Assembly (NCBI GenBank): GCA_041746575.1
Contig: JBGTGT010000098.1
Location: 1 to 64,000 of the forward strand
Direction: 5' to 3'
From: Microcystaceae cyanobacterium
Lineage (GTDB): Bacteria > Cyanobacteriota > Cyanobacteriia > Cyanobacteriales > Microcystaceae
Length of the DNA: 64,000 nucleotides
The translations under genes were made by a program, and so were the position numbers. This document shows, in pieces, positions 19,408-29,868 of the stretch (positions are counted from its first letter, which is position 1; every line of letters starts with the position of its first letter). The notes under the pieces are model-generated. The model saw only the letters and a list, made by a program, of their open reading frames with translations, did not search any database and was not told where the DNA came from.

Positions 19408-20586
19408 TTAAGAAATCTCATAGACTCTTCCTTTCCATCCCCCTCCTTTGCCTTGCCAATGACGATAAGCAGAATCAAAGGTCATTAAATTATATAATAA
19501 AGCGATCGCCGGTAAACTCAAAGACCAAAGCGGAGATAATTGATACAGTTTCACGGTTGGATAATAAGAAATCGCCATCAAGATCCAAAGGATTAAACTT
19601 AAGCCTAAAATGATTATATTATGAGTGACCAACCCCATGATCAAGCCGACAGGTGCCAGTAGATAAACAAGCATCATCCCTACTAATGTTCCCAGTAATA
19701 ATAAAGGAGAATAACCCAGTTGAGTGTAAGCGGTTCTGGCGATCATATTCCAGATCGTGTCTAAGGTTTCGTAAGGTCGTAAACTGATCACTTTTTCGGT
19801 TAAACCGAGCCAAATTCCACCTGATTCTTGGGGTAAACTCGCTTTGACTTGTGCCGCTAGAGAACAATCGTCAATTAAGGCTAAACGAATCGCTTCTATC
19901 CCTCCAATTCGAGCTAAAGCCTGCCGACGAATTAGAATACATCCCCCTGCCGCCGCCGCCATTTTACGATTGATATTATTGACCCAAGGAAAGGGATAAA
20001 GTTTCTCAAAAAAGAAAACAAACGCCGGAATTAAAAACTTTTCCCAAAAACTTTCACAGCGTAATTTAACCATCAAAGACGTTAAATCTAAATGATGCTT
20101 CTCTGCGTGATTGACTAATTCTTTTAAATTTGTTGAATGATGATAAATATCGGCATCAGTAAACAGTAAATATTGAGGTTTAAAGGATAAGTCACTTGTT
20201 GATTGAATTCCTTGCTGCATTGCCCACAATTTACCAGTCCATCCTTGCGGTAACGGTTGCCCTAAAATCACATTTAAACGGGAAGATTGGTCTAATTCTT
20301 GAGCTATTTCCCTTGCAACTTTGCCTGTATTATCTTCACTTTGATCATCAACTAAAATAATGGAAAATTGTCCTGTATACTCTTGAGTTAATAAAGATTT
20401 CAAGGAAATGGGTAAGACATCTGCTTCATTACGAGCGGGAATAATTGCACAAACAGAGGGATATTCAGTAATCTCTGCTTGATTTTCTGCAATTCGCTGA
20501 TTACTTAACCAAAATCCTCCCCTCAATCCTAGAAGATATAACCAAATGACCAAAGATAAGATTAATAAACCCAGAAAAATGTACAT
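19408..20586 (-). CDS. hpnB: Hopene-associated GT2 glycosyltransferase HpnB-like
   Basis: IIPARNEA, GWTGKLWA, TDADI, AAAAGGC and LIDDC. Confidence 0.75.
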   Translation of the reverse strand: MYIFLGLLILSLVIWLYLLGLRGGFWLSNQRIAENQAEITEYPSVCAIIPARNEADVLPISLKSLLTQEYTGQFSIILVDDQSEDNTGKVAREIAQELDQSSRLNVILGQPLPQGWTGKLWAMQQGIQSTSDLSFKPQYLLFTDADIYHHSTNLKELVNHAEKHHLDLTSLMVKLRCESFWEKFLIPAFVFFFEKLYPFPWVNNINRKMAAAAGGCILIRRQALARIGGIEAIRLALIDDCSLAAQVKASLPQESGGIWLGLTEKVISLRPYETLDTIWNMIARTAYTQLGYSPLLLLGTLVGMMLVYLLAPVGLIMGLVTHNIIILGLSLILWILMAISYYPTVKLYQLSPLWSLSLPAIALLYNLMTFDSAYRHWQGKGGGWKGRVYEIS

Positions 20587-20706
20587 AAGTTGCTCTAAAA
20601 TAATTGATCATTTAGCTCATCAATTAACCTGAATTAAATAGATTAATCGTCAATTATAAACGCTGACGTTCTGCTTCTTTTTGATCGTCTTTAAAATTGA
20701 GTTAAC

Positions 20707-22242
20707 TTAACCCCATTTTGCTTGACCGATGGTGGTTAAATAAATAACAGCTTCATCGGCGGGAATGCCTAAAACTTCATTGACTTGATTGTCAAAAAAG
20801 CCAGCGATGCCACTTACTCCTAAATTAAGGTAAATTGCGGCTAAATTAAGCTTTTGTCCAAGATGTCCTGCGTCCAGATGTAAATATCGGTAAGCACGCT
20901 CTCCATATCTTGCAATGGCTTTTTTAAGGTCAGCCGTATGGAAAATAATAACCGACGCATCTCGCCCTAATTCTTGACCTAGGCAAAGATAATGGAGTTC
21001 CCGACGAAAATTTTTAAAGCGGATTTGTCGCAGTTCTTGGCATTGGGGAGAATAATGATAACAGCCTTCTTCTAATCCCTTGACTCCAGATACGGCAATA
21101 AACGTTTCTAATAAACTCAAATCGCAGTAATCTGGCTCACTATCAAAACCTTGTTTTGAATAATCTTCGGGATGATAAGTAAAGTGCAGTAACGCTTTTA
21201 ATTCCTCTATTTTAATTTCACCGCCATTATAGGCACGAGTGGAGCGACGTTGAAGAATAGTGCGCTCTAAACCTGATAACTGCTCTCCCCAGTCGATTGA
21301 ATTGGTTTTTACTGAAATTTTTAAACAAAATGGAAAATTATAGTTATCTTCTAAGCTTTTTTGCTGATTCTCTTTAAAGGTTTGTAGCCTGTCTTCAATA
21401 TCAATAATTTCTGAGGCGTTGTGCAAATAGCTGAGTAATTCACCCTCAGCAATGTCTTCAGGATATTCTGTTTCAATATCGGAAGGTAAAGCCGTAATAG
21501 GGGCAGGAAACGGGGGAAAATGATGTTCTAAATCTAGTAACGGAATAACCGTAACCACCCCTTCTTGTTCAGGGTCAAGATACAATAGATCATTAAGGGC
21601 TAAATCCTGAAATCCACCGATTAAATAGGGGCGATACGCCGTCATTGCACCGAAAAGCTCAATATTGCCCAACAAATGCCCTGTATCAAGGAAAATACGT
21701 CGATAAGCTCGAGCTTCGTATCGCCAAGCTGACCGTTGAAAAATAGCCGTGGTAATAATCGCTAAATCTGTTATTTCGAGAATAGATGGCTCAAAACAGG
21801 CTTCTTGTAGGGATTGCCAGACCTCGTTTTCCCAGAAATGCACTAATGTGTGAGTTTTGGGCTGATAGCTATATAAACCTGCGTTTAAAAGGGGTGTTCC
21901 CTTAGAAAGAAGATAGACTTCTGCCGGATAAAGTCCCCCCGCAGAGGGAGCGGCACGAAGATAAATAGGGTCACCCATTGCGGTAATTTTTGCGGTTAAA
22001 CCGTAACTGTAGGCGAATAATCGAGATAAACGTTGCCATTGATGATTCTCAGTGGTTACATCTTGATCGAGCGGGCTGTTAAGATAGGGTTTTAAATCAT
22101 AAACTGTCCCAATTTGATAGGATTTGAAAGGAGACGGTTGATTCGACCAATCTAAGGGTTTATTGCGCGCCGCAATGGTGTCGGGATGGTATTTGGTTCG
22201 TTCGTGATAATGAATGGCAAGGGGAACGGACGAGTCTGACAT
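20707..22242 (-). CDS. SagB/ThcOx-family dehydrogenase (tandem nitroreductase domains)
   Basis: YHERTKY, RAAPSAGGLYP, WRYEARAYR and RRSTR. Confidence 0.85.
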   Translation of the reverse strand: MSDSSVPLAIHYHERTKYHPDTIAARNKPLDWSNQPSPFKSYQIGTVYDLKPYLNSPLDQDVTTENHQWQRLSRLFAYSYGLTAKITAMGDPIYLRAAPSAGGLYPAEVYLLSKGTPLLNAGLYSYQPKTHTLVHFWENEVWQSLQEACFEPSILEITDLAIITTAIFQRSAWRYEARAYRRIFLDTGHLLGNIELFGAMTAYRPYLIGGFQDLALNDLLYLDPEQEGVVTVIPLLDLEHHFPPFPAPITALPSDIETEYPEDIAEGELLSYLHNASEIIDIEDRLQTFKENQQKSLEDNYNFPFCLKISVKTNSIDWGEQLSGLERTILQRRSTRAYNGGEIKIEELKALLHFTYHPEDYSKQGFDSEPDYCDLSLLETFIAVSGVKGLEEGCYHYSPQCQELRQIRFKNFRRELHYLCLGQELGRDASVIIFHTADLKKAIARYGERAYRYLHLDAGHLGQKLNLAAIYLNLGVSGIAGFFDNQVNEVLGIPADEAVIYLTTIGQAKWG

Positions 22243-22666
22243 AGTTTTTAGAAGACAGTGAGGCTATTTTCCTTCAATTTAAGCCAGTAAGTTCCTTGGC
22301 TGACTTTTGAACTGTAGGGCTATCTAAGTAAGCTTAGACCGTTTTATTCATCATACCTAAATCTTCTGCCGACCTACTCAAAGAAAAGGGGTTGGGCAAA
22401 TTTAGAAGGAGGAATTCATTTTATTTGTTCTAAATTCAGGACAAATAGCAGAGTAATCTCTTTTAATCTACTTCCTGTTCTTCTTTACCTCTTCTCTATC
22501 TTTTTTGCTACACACTAAAAACCAAATTTACTATCATTTCTACTTTTTTCCACTTCAACATCGAAAAGGGAAACGGCTAAAACCCTTAATTTCCAATGGT
22601 TTTGGGACTGACATACCCCTTGAATACCCGATATTCTAAAAGGGCCAAGAGGAAAAGGAGTTAATC

Positions 22667-22861
22667 ATGTCTCACACCACCACCACCACTACTGCTATCC
22701 GCAACTACTTTATTCTCGCTACAACAGTAATTTTAATGAGTGTCGGCTTAACCGATACCTTTACCAATCCCCATCGAGCTGCACAACAGGATAAATTCGA
22801 CCAATATGGTCAATATGTCGGCGTCGGTTTAGTTGCTTTTTCCCAAAAATCTCTCCGTTAA
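22667..22861 (+). CDS. Small hypothetical membrane or secreted protein (64 aa)
   Basis: AGGAG RBS upstream, hydrophobic N-terminal helix, intrinsic terminator directly downstream. Confidence 0.6.
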   Translation: MSHTTTTTTAIRNYFILATTVILMSVGLTDTFTNPHRAAQQDKFDQYGQYVGVGLVAFSQKSLR

Positions 22862-22885
22862 GATTTTAAGCTTTCCTCTTGCTGT

Positions 22886-22914
22886 AACTCTGCTGTTAAA
22901 GCAGGGTTTTTTTT
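22886..22914 (+). terminator. Rho-independent terminator
   Basis: AACTCTGCT-GTTAA-AGCAGGGTT followed by a T run. Confidence 0.7.
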
Positions 22915-23036
22915 GCACCTGTCTAATGAGTCGTAATCGGTTACCAATACTGAGCCACTAAAAAGGAGGGTGGGCAAATCATTCTAGCTAGATGATTAGT
23001 CTCAAAGATTCTCTCATTGACCTACCTGACAAAATG

Positions 23037-24266
23037 TTAAAAAACCGCTTGAATGCGTTTCATCGCTTCTTCCACGTTTTGACGACTATTAAAGGCAGAA
23101 ATACGGAAATAGCCTTCACCTGCCGCTCCAAATCCTGACCCCGGTGTCCCAACAACATGGGCATTTTGTAATAGTTTATCAAAGAAATCCCAACTGGATA
23201 AACTATTAGGGGTTTTCACCCAAACGTAAGGGGCATTGACGCCACCATAAACGCTTAATCCAGACTCTTTGAGCTTTTCTCGGATTATTTGGGCATTTTC
23301 AAGGTAAAAAGCGATTAAAGCTTTCACTTGTTCTTGTCCTGCTTCAGAATAAACTGCCTCTGCCCCCCGTTGTACGATGTAGGATACCCCATTAAATTTA
23401 GTAGATTGACGACGATTCCACAACTTCCAGAGTTCAGCATCCGAACCAGCCGCCGTTTTAGCGGTTAATGTCTTGGGAACAACCGTTAAGGCGCAACGTG
23501 TCCCCGTAAAGCCCGCATTCTTGGAAAAAGAGCGAAATTCTACGGCACAATCCCGCGCCCCTTCAATTTCATAGATAGAATGAGGAAGACGAGAATCCGT
23601 AATAAAAGCTTCATAAGCGGCATCAAAAAGAATAATTGAGCCGTTTTCTTGGGCATAGTTCACCCATTCTTGTAAATGCGCTTTGGTTGCTGTTGCTCCT
23701 GTGGGATTATTAGGGAAACATAGATAGATTAAATCTACTTTTTGCTGAGGAATCGGAGCCGTAAAGTTATTTTCTGCCGTAATCGGTAAATAAACTAACC
23801 CTCCATATTCCCCCTTGTCGTTGGCTTCGCCGGTATGACCTGCCATGACATTTGTATCGACATAGACAGGATAAACAGGATCAGTGACCGCAATCGTGTT
23901 ATCTTTAGCAAAAATATCAAGAATATTGCCCGTATCACACTTAGATCCGTCAGAGATAAAAATTTCTGAGGCATCCACGTCACAGCCTCTCGATTGAAAG
24001 TCATGAGTTGCGATTTTCTCCCGTAACCAAGCATAACCCTGTTCGGGTCCATATCCTTTAAACGTCTCCCGATTGCCCATATCTTCTACCGCTTGAATCA
24101 TCGCCGTTCGACAGGCTTCAGGTAAGGGTTCGGTTACATCACCAATGCCCAGTTTAATGATAGCGGCTTGAGGATTTGCGTCTGCGAATGCGTTGACTCG
24201 ACGGGCAATTTCTGGGAAAAGGTAGCCCGCCTTTAGTTTAAGGTAATTATCGTTAATTCGGGTCAT
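23037..24266 (-). CDS. dapL: LL-diaminopimelate aminotransferase
   Basis: [22 protein letters not shown] and [12 protein letters not shown] (PLP lysine). Confidence 0.95.
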   Translation of the reverse strand: MTRINDNYLKLKAGYLFPEIARRVNAFADANPQAAIIKLGIGDVTEPLPEACRTAMIQAVEDMGNRETFKGYGPEQGYAWLREKIATHDFQSRGCDVDASEIFISDGSKCDTGNILDIFAKDNTIAVTDPVYPVYVDTNVMAGHTGEANDKGEYGGLVYLPITAENNFTAPIPQQKVDLIYLCFPNNPTGATATKAHLQEWVNYAQENGSIILFDAAYEAFITDSRLPHSIYEIEGARDCAVEFRSFSKNAGFTGTRCALTVVPKTLTAKTAAGSDAELWKLWNRRQSTKFNGVSYIVQRGAEAVYSEAGQEQVKALIAFYLENAQIIREKLKESGLSVYGGVNAPYVWVKTPNSLSSWDFFDKLLQNAHVVGTPGSGFGAAGEGYFRISAFNSRQNVEEAMKRIQAVF

Positions 24267-24490
24267 GTCTCGATGATCAATACGCTATTCTTTAGCTTAC
24301 CGAAAAAAGGGACGCAAAAAATTTTAGATTGAATTAGGGAATAAAAGCGTAAAATAAAAAAGTTCATAGGGGTGAGAAGTGGGCGTCCGTCAGCATTTAT
24401 TACATAAATGTTTTAGGGTCTAAAAAACGGACAGCAAACCTTTATTTATCGTTATCCCCTCTCTCAAAATTACGCATCAAGAGTCAAAAA

Positions 24491-24691
24491 ATGTCAGATT
24501 TTCTTCATTCCCTTGACCCTAATCTCCGTCAAGAATGGCAAGCGAAAATTGAAACAGCTAATCAACACAATATTTTCTGCCATTGTCACCGTTGTGGACA
24601 AGAATGGATTGATTCAACCTTTTCTGTCATCTGTCAATGTGGCAGTTCAGCAGTTGAGACAATTTCTTGTTGGCAATTTCCTGATGATTAG
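24491..24691 (+). CDS. Small Cys-rich (zinc-ribbon-like) hypothetical protein
   Basis: CHCHRCG...CQCGS...CWQFPDD. Confidence 0.7.
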   Translation: MSDFLHSLDPNLRQEWQAKIETANQHNIFCHCHRCGQEWIDSTFSVICQCGSSAVETISCWQFPDD

Positions 24692-24707
24692 GAAGTGAGT
24701 CAAATTT

Positions 24708-26258
24708 TCAAATAATTCCTGCCCTTTTTAAAAAAGTTTCAACGACTGCTTGAACCGTTTTCGATTGATTATCTACTTGATAGTTCAGTTGTTGCATTTT
24801 AGCCGCCGAAATTATACCGACTAGGCGATTGATAGCCTCGTTTAATTGAGGATATTTATTGAGTATTACTTGATTAAAAACGGGAACCGCTTCATAGGGG
24901 GGAAAATAGCGTTTATCATCTTCCAAAATAACCAAATCTAAAACAGGAATCAAGCCATCAGTTGAATTTGCCGCAATTAAATCAACCTGTTTTTCAACCA
25001 GTGCTTTATACATCAATCCTAACTCCATTGTTCTCGGAAACGTAGCAAATTTTAAGCCGTAGGTTTTTGCCAATCCTGTATAACCATCTTTTCTTTCCAA
25101 AAATTCATGACCAAACCCCGCTTGCCAGTTTGATGTATATTTTGCCACGCTGGATATCGTTTTTATTTGATATTTTTGGGCATCGTCTTGGCGAATAATA
25201 ATAGCATAAGTATTTTCAAATCCGAGGGAAGGAAAAACGTTAAGATTGAATTTTTCTTGATAATCTTGCTTTACAATCTGAAAAGCTTCTGTCGGATCAT
25301 TTAGAGGATTATGTCGTAAAATAGAGGTTAATGATGTTCCCGTGTATTCCACATACCCTGCAATCTGTCCTGCTTTCACCGCTTCATGACAAATAAACGT
25401 CCCGCCTAAATTAAATTTTCGTTCAACCTGTAAATTCGTCTTTGCTTCAATAACTTGAGATAAAATTTCACCTAAAATCACTTGTTCTGTAAAGTTTTTT
25501 GAGCCAATTATCACTTTAGAGGGAGTAGAAAAGGGATTTTGTTGATAAAAAATTCCTAAACCCATAAATAATAATAATCCCAAAATTGCCCAACTTATAA
25601 AACGTCGTTTTTTCGTTCTCAATGGAGTTTGGGGACGACGCTGAGTCATTTGTTTTTCTAACCAACCAATACCCCAATCTGCTATTAAAGCAATAAGCGT
25701 AGAAGGAATCGCACCCGCTAAAATTAATTGATGATTAACCGTTGTAATTCCCCTAAAAATAAAGACCCCTAATCCACCTCCTCCAATAGCCGCCGCAATG
25801 GTAGCAACCCCTACACTAATCACGGTTGCCACTCGAATACCGGCTAAAATAACGGTCAAAGCAAGCGGTAATTCAATTTCTTTAAGCACTTGTCGTGGGG
25901 TCAATCCTAATGATAAACCCGCTTCAATTAAATTGGGGTCAACCTGTTTAATGCCAATATAAGTATTGCGAATAATCGGCAGAAAAGCATACAGCGTTAA
26001 AGCTACAATAGCAGGAATTTTTCCGATTCCTCCAATCAAAGGAACAGTAATTAAAAAACCAAAAATGGCCAAGCTAGGAATTGTTTGAATACCGTTAGCA
26101 ATCCCAATAATTAATTGAGCAAGTTTCGGTTTACGACTAATAAAAATACCTAAAGGAATCCCAATAGTAATTGCTATTCCCATGGAGATGGCCACTAATA
26201 CAAGATGTTCTCCCGTTCGCAGTAAAATTTCTAACCCATAGCGTTGAATAAAATTCAT
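24708..26258 (-). CDS. Osmoprotectant (glycine betaine-type) ABC transporter, fused permease and substrate-binding protein
   Basis: QTIPSLA, GGGGLG, GSKNFTEQ, EYTGT and DDKRYFPPY. Confidence 0.9.
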   Translation of the reverse strand: MNFIQRYGLEILLRTGEHLVLVAISMGIAITIGIPLGIFISRKPKLAQLIIGIANGIQTIPSLAIFGFLITVPLIGGIGKIPAIVALTLYAFLPIIRNTYIGIKQVDPNLIEAGLSLGLTPRQVLKEIELPLALTVILAGIRVATVISVGVATIAAAIGGGGLGVFIFRGITTVNHQLILAGAIPSTLIALIADWGIGWLEKQMTQRRPQTPLRTKKRRFISWAILGLLLFMGLGIFYQQNPFSTPSKVIIGSKNFTEQVILGEILSQVIEAKTNLQVERKFNLGGTFICHEAVKAGQIAGYVEYTGTSLTSILRHNPLNDPTEAFQIVKQDYQEKFNLNVFPSLGFENTYAIIIRQDDAQKYQIKTISSVAKYTSNWQAGFGHEFLERKDGYTGLAKTYGLKFATFPRTMELGLMYKALVEKQVDLIAANSTDGLIPVLDLVILEDDKRYFPPYEAVPVFNQVILNKYPQLNEAINRLVGIISAAKMQQLNYQVDNQSKTVQAVVETFLKRAGII

Positions 26259-26431
26259 ATTTAATGCTTTATCAGTTTCCCGTTTTCTAATGTTTCTTTA
26301 TATTTAAAGTCAAGCTGAGACTCTATCTAAAGGAGTATTTTCTAAAATAATTCCAGTCCCTTAGCACAAGGTCAAAAGCTTAATCTATCCGCCGTTGACC
26401 CCCTAAGCGATTCCACTGTATCACTGATCCG

Positions 26432-26447
26432 TGTGATTAAGATCACT
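26432..26447. promoter_or_regulatory. Candidate CRP (SyCRP1-type) binding site
   Basis: TGTGA-TTAAGA-TCACT, a 9/10 match to TGTGA-N6-TCACA, about 80 nt upstream of a small ORF. Confidence 0.55.
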
Positions 26448-26524
26448 AGATGAAGAATAACAAATCACCTTGAGTATATCCACAGAAAATTACAATATAC
26501 ACAAAATATATAAAGCACGATATT

Positions 26525-26674
26525 ATGGCTAAAGTTTCTAACAGTCCATTGAAACCGAATCCTTATTTAACCTACCGTAATCCTGAAACGGGGGTCTGGC
26601 AAGTCATTTCTGTCCATTCACTCACCAACTCCACAGAAAAATCCCTTTCTCAGAGCGTTGGTAACGTCTCTTAA
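26525..26674 (+). CDS. Small protein (49 aa) missed by the ORF track
   Basis: MAKVSNSPLKPNPYLTYRNPETGVWQVISVHSLTNSTEKSLSQSVGNVS; fills an otherwise empty gap and follows a CRP-like site. Confidence 0.55.
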   Translation: MAKVSNSPLKPNPYLTYRNPETGVWQVISVHSLTNSTEKSLSQSVGNVS

Positions 26675-26757
26675 GTTGTGTAATGGTAATGGTACGGAAT
26701 GCTTCATAGAATCTTGATAAATCAATTATTCAAAAGTGTACCAGCCTAACTAAAAGC

Positions 26758-28203
26758 TTATTGACTTTGCTGTCTTAACCAACTTTGAATTTCTTGGAGT
26801 AACCAATCGCTTTCAGCTTGAGAAATAGAAGGGAGAAAATAAATTTTCTTCTTTGTGTTGATACTCAATTGATATTGATCTTCGTTTTGTTGATGAGCAA
26901 AAATACCGATAATATCTTGTAAGTTTTCTTGATTAATTTTATAGGGAAACAATAAAAATTTATGATATAGCTTTAAAGACTGATGGTCAACATGAATGGA
27001 CTTATTTTGGCCAAGTTCAGCAATTTTAAACGCTAGCAAAACGGTAACAATTAAAAGACCATAACCAACGCTTTCTGGTTGTATTTTCCATACAATTAAG
27101 CCAAATAAACTCATTCCTGATAATCCCAATAAACTTAAGGTTATTTTTATTTGCCACGATTTTCCCTGTAAAAAGTGAGGTAAAAAAAGCGGTTTAGCGG
27201 GTAAATCAATCGTCATGATCTCTGACCTTTGCTCCAGTTTAATCTCTGTTTTTGTCGGTGAGATTTTAGCAGGAGATGGCTTAATTCTAGAAGGCGAGGT
27301 AAAAAATTTTAGACTCGGAATCGAGAGGTATTGTAAAGCTTGTAACGCTTCTTCTGCACTTGAAAAACGCTGTTCTGGTGTCAGAGCTGTTAAGATTTCT
27401 AACCATTGGATAAACCCTTGAGAAAACGTCAAGCGATCTCGAAAAAATAAGCGAGAATTCTGTTGAGGTAAATCCATAGGAGCAATACCCGTTGCTAAAT
27501 GAATTAAGGTTGTTCCAAGGGCATATAAATCTGAAGCAGGAACCGCCTTTCCCCAAAATTGTTCTAAGGGAGCGTATCCCCCTGTTCCAACGATGGTAAA
27601 GGTTAAACCCGTTACTGATGGCTTTGCTTGTACTGCCCCAAAATCAATTAAATAGAGTTGATTATCCGTTCCTAAAATGAGGTTACTAGGCTTAATATCT
27701 CGATGCAAAATCGGTGGATTTAAACGATGCAGATAGATCAAAATTTCTAAAATTTGTTGGGCAAAAGAGCGTAGTTGTTTTTCACTCAATTTTTGTCGTT
27801 TTTGAATAAACTCTCCTAAGCAATATCCCTCAATATACTCTTGAACTAAGGCAAACCAAGTCACTGCCTCATCAAGGGGAGATGTGGCTTCAAAGAAATC
27901 TCGGTAACGGGGAATTTTCGGATGATTGAGAGTCCGTAAGACCTGTGCTTCCCGTTCAAATAATTTGAGTTCATCCCATTGAATTTGAGGACTAAAGGCT
28001 AATAATTTGACCGTTACTTTGGGTAAAATGGGGGGATCAAATAGCGTAATCGGTAGTCGTCGTCTAACCTGTTGTAATAAAAACCGTTTTAATTTTTGAG
28101 GAGGTAATTCAACGGCTAACCATGTTTGATGGTGAGTGTTGGTTTGTCCTAAGCGACACTGTAATTGATAGCAATCCTTTAAAAGGTGGTAGGGTTCAAA
28201 CAT
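26758..28203 (-). CDS. Ser/Thr protein kinase (Pkn2 type) with C-terminal TM segments
   Basis: HRDIKPSN, LIDFG, GTGGYAPLEQ and SDLYALG. Confidence 0.92.
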   Translation of the reverse strand: MFEPYHLLKDCYQLQCRLGQTNTHHQTWLAVELPPQKLKRFLLQQVRRRLPITLFDPPILPKVTVKLLAFSPQIQWDELKLFEREAQVLRTLNHPKIPRYRDFFEATSPLDEAVTWFALVQEYIEGYCLGEFIQKRQKLSEKQLRSFAQQILEILIYLHRLNPPILHRDIKPSNLILGTDNQLYLIDFGAVQAKPSVTGLTFTIVGTGGYAPLEQFWGKAVPASDLYALGTTLIHLATGIAPMDLPQQNSRLFFRDRLTFSQGFIQWLEILTALTPEQRFSSAEEALQALQYLSIPSLKFFTSPSRIKPSPAKISPTKTEIKLEQRSEIMTIDLPAKPLFLPHFLQGKSWQIKITLSLLGLSGMSLFGLIVWKIQPESVGYGLLIVTVLLAFKIAELGQNKSIHVDHQSLKLYHKFLLFPYKINQENLQDIIGIFAHQQNEDQYQLSINTKKKIYFLPSISQAESDWLLQEIQSWLRQQSQ

Positions 28204-28322
28204 TCGAGTTAAGAATGGGGCTAATTCTCACATTTCCTAAATCTATTGTAATCATTTCATTGTTCATCATTCTGTCTTTTGTTTGCTAAACTAAAAAAAA
28301 ATAAGCGGGAGACAAATGTCCG

Positions 28323-28973
28323 ATGCAGTGGATTCTAGTGGGTTTATTCATCGTTGTCAGTGGCTTACTCTGCGTCTTTAACTGGCAACCGATTACCCTT
28401 TATTTTTTGGGAAATAGCTCTAAAACAGCTTTTATGACGGTATCTTTACCTTTAGCGGTGTGGATTATCCTGTTTACTTTCAACGGTATTCTGACAGGCT
28501 TGATTCTACAGATTTTAAATCGATTCTCTTCACCTCCCTCATCCCCCCGTCGTCCTCGTCAGTGGTCTGAACCCCCTTCTGCTCCCTCACCCCCAAATCC
28601 ACCCCTCCGTGAACCCGATTGGGAACGTCCTGTTCCTAAGGAATGGGATATTGAAGAGCCACCCCGAAACGTGGTAAATCCTCTTCCTAATCCGCCTGAA
28701 ACACCTCAACCAGAAATTAAAGATAGTTTTACGGCTGAATCATCTACTTTTCAACCCAAATCCTCCGAATTTGAAGCTCCTCAACAACCCCTATCTTCCT
28801 CTCGTAAAGGTTCGGTTTATACATATCGTTACCAAGATAAAGACAAAACGTCTGCAACCCGTCGTTCCCCGTCTTCCTCAGTCTATGACGCAGATTATCG
28901 TGTCATTCAACCTCCCTCTCCAGAATCAGAAAATACTGAGCTTTCAGAAGAGAATAAAGAAGAATGGATTTAG
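28323..28973 (+). CDS. Membrane protein (LapA-like N-terminus, Pro-rich C-terminus)
   Basis: Two TM helices followed by a P/S/E-rich tail with VYDADYRVI. Confidence 0.7.
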   Translation: MQWILVGLFIVVSGLLCVFNWQPITLYFLGNSSKTAFMTVSLPLAVWIILFTFNGILTGLILQILNRFSSPPSSPRRPRQWSEPPSAPSPPNPPLREPDWERPVPKEWDIEEPPRNVVNPLPNPPETPQPEIKDSFTAESSTFQPKSSEFEAPQQPLSSSRKGSVYTYRYQDKDKTSATRRSPSSSVYDADYRVIQPPSPESENTELSEENKEEWI

Positions 28974-29041
28974 ATTGGGTCACCTCAATAGAAGAAACTA
29001 AAAGACTTTTAAAAGCGTCCCATCATTGAGTAAAATTTTTT

Positions 29042-29797
29042 TTGACACTGAATCTTACGGTCATAACTAAAATCATTCCCCTCGTTTTTAACTATTTAGG
29101 TCACATTATGAAATTTTCAGTCCCTGTTCGATGGATGGCGTTAGCAACGGCAAGCTTGGTCAGTTTAGCCCCCCTCAGTCGTGTAGAATCCGCTTCTTTT
29201 GAAGAAACAGATATTGACCAAAATGAAGTCATTGCGGTGGCGAGACCTTATGGAGAAAATAAATTTGACTTCTTCATTATTCAACAAATCCCCGGAAAAA
29301 ATAAGTGTTGGGAAGAAAAAGGCACGAATCCAATAATTGTTGAGCCTTTGCTTTTGAATTTTAACTTTTCGGGTCATTGTAACCGTGCGACCGATAGTAA
29401 TGGTTACTCTGTACGCATTGATGGCCAAGACTACGGTCTGGATTTATTGTTGCGTCTTGTTCAGCGCAATGGAGAATTAGTCCTCGTCGCAGCACCGAGA
29501 AAAGGGGTCGGTTCTGAGGTTGTTGTGGGACGAACAAGCGGACTGACAAGAGATTTTATGAAAATTATCCTTGATCCCGGTTGGAAATACACTAAACGAG
29601 CCTACGAGAAGAAAGTATTAGGGCATTTCTACTTTAGTGGCAATCAAACTGAGATGACGGCGGGGTCAACGCAAACCCCTGAATCCCAACCCTTGTCTCC
29701 TTCTGAGGTAATTCTTTCGCCAGAGAAAATGGAAAAGCTTGAATTAATTCCTACTCCTGAAGAGATGGAAAAACCAACGGAATTACCTGTACAATAA
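29042..29797 (+). CDS. DUF3747-domain secreted protein (likely start ATG 29108)
   Basis: Signal-like segment; CWEE..PLLLNFNFSGHCNRATDSNGYSVR. Confidence 0.8.
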   Translation: MTLNLTVITKIIPLVFNYLGHIMKFSVPVRWMALATASLVSLAPLSRVESASFEETDIDQNEVIAVARPYGENKFDFFIIQQIPGKNKCWEEKGTNPIIVEPLLLNFNFSGHCNRATDSNGYSVRIDGQDYGLDLLLRLVQRNGELVLVAAPRKGVGSEVVVGRTSGLTRDFMKIILDPGWKYTKRAYEKKVLGHFYFSGNQTEMTAGSTQTPESQPLSPSEVILSPEKMEKLELIPTPEEMEKPTELPVQ

Positions 29798-29868
29798 CCT
29801 GAGCAAATGTTGCAGGAAAAAAACCGTTAATTCTACGAAAGATAAGGATGAAGTTTGGCGATTAATAC

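Noticed and set aside
20707..22861. SagB dehydrogenase plus Thr-rich small ORF as a RiPP (azole peptide) cluster
   Set aside because: No YcaO cyclodehydratase, protease or transporter nearby; the small ORF looks like a membrane peptide, and stand-alone SagB-like genes are common in cyanobacteria.
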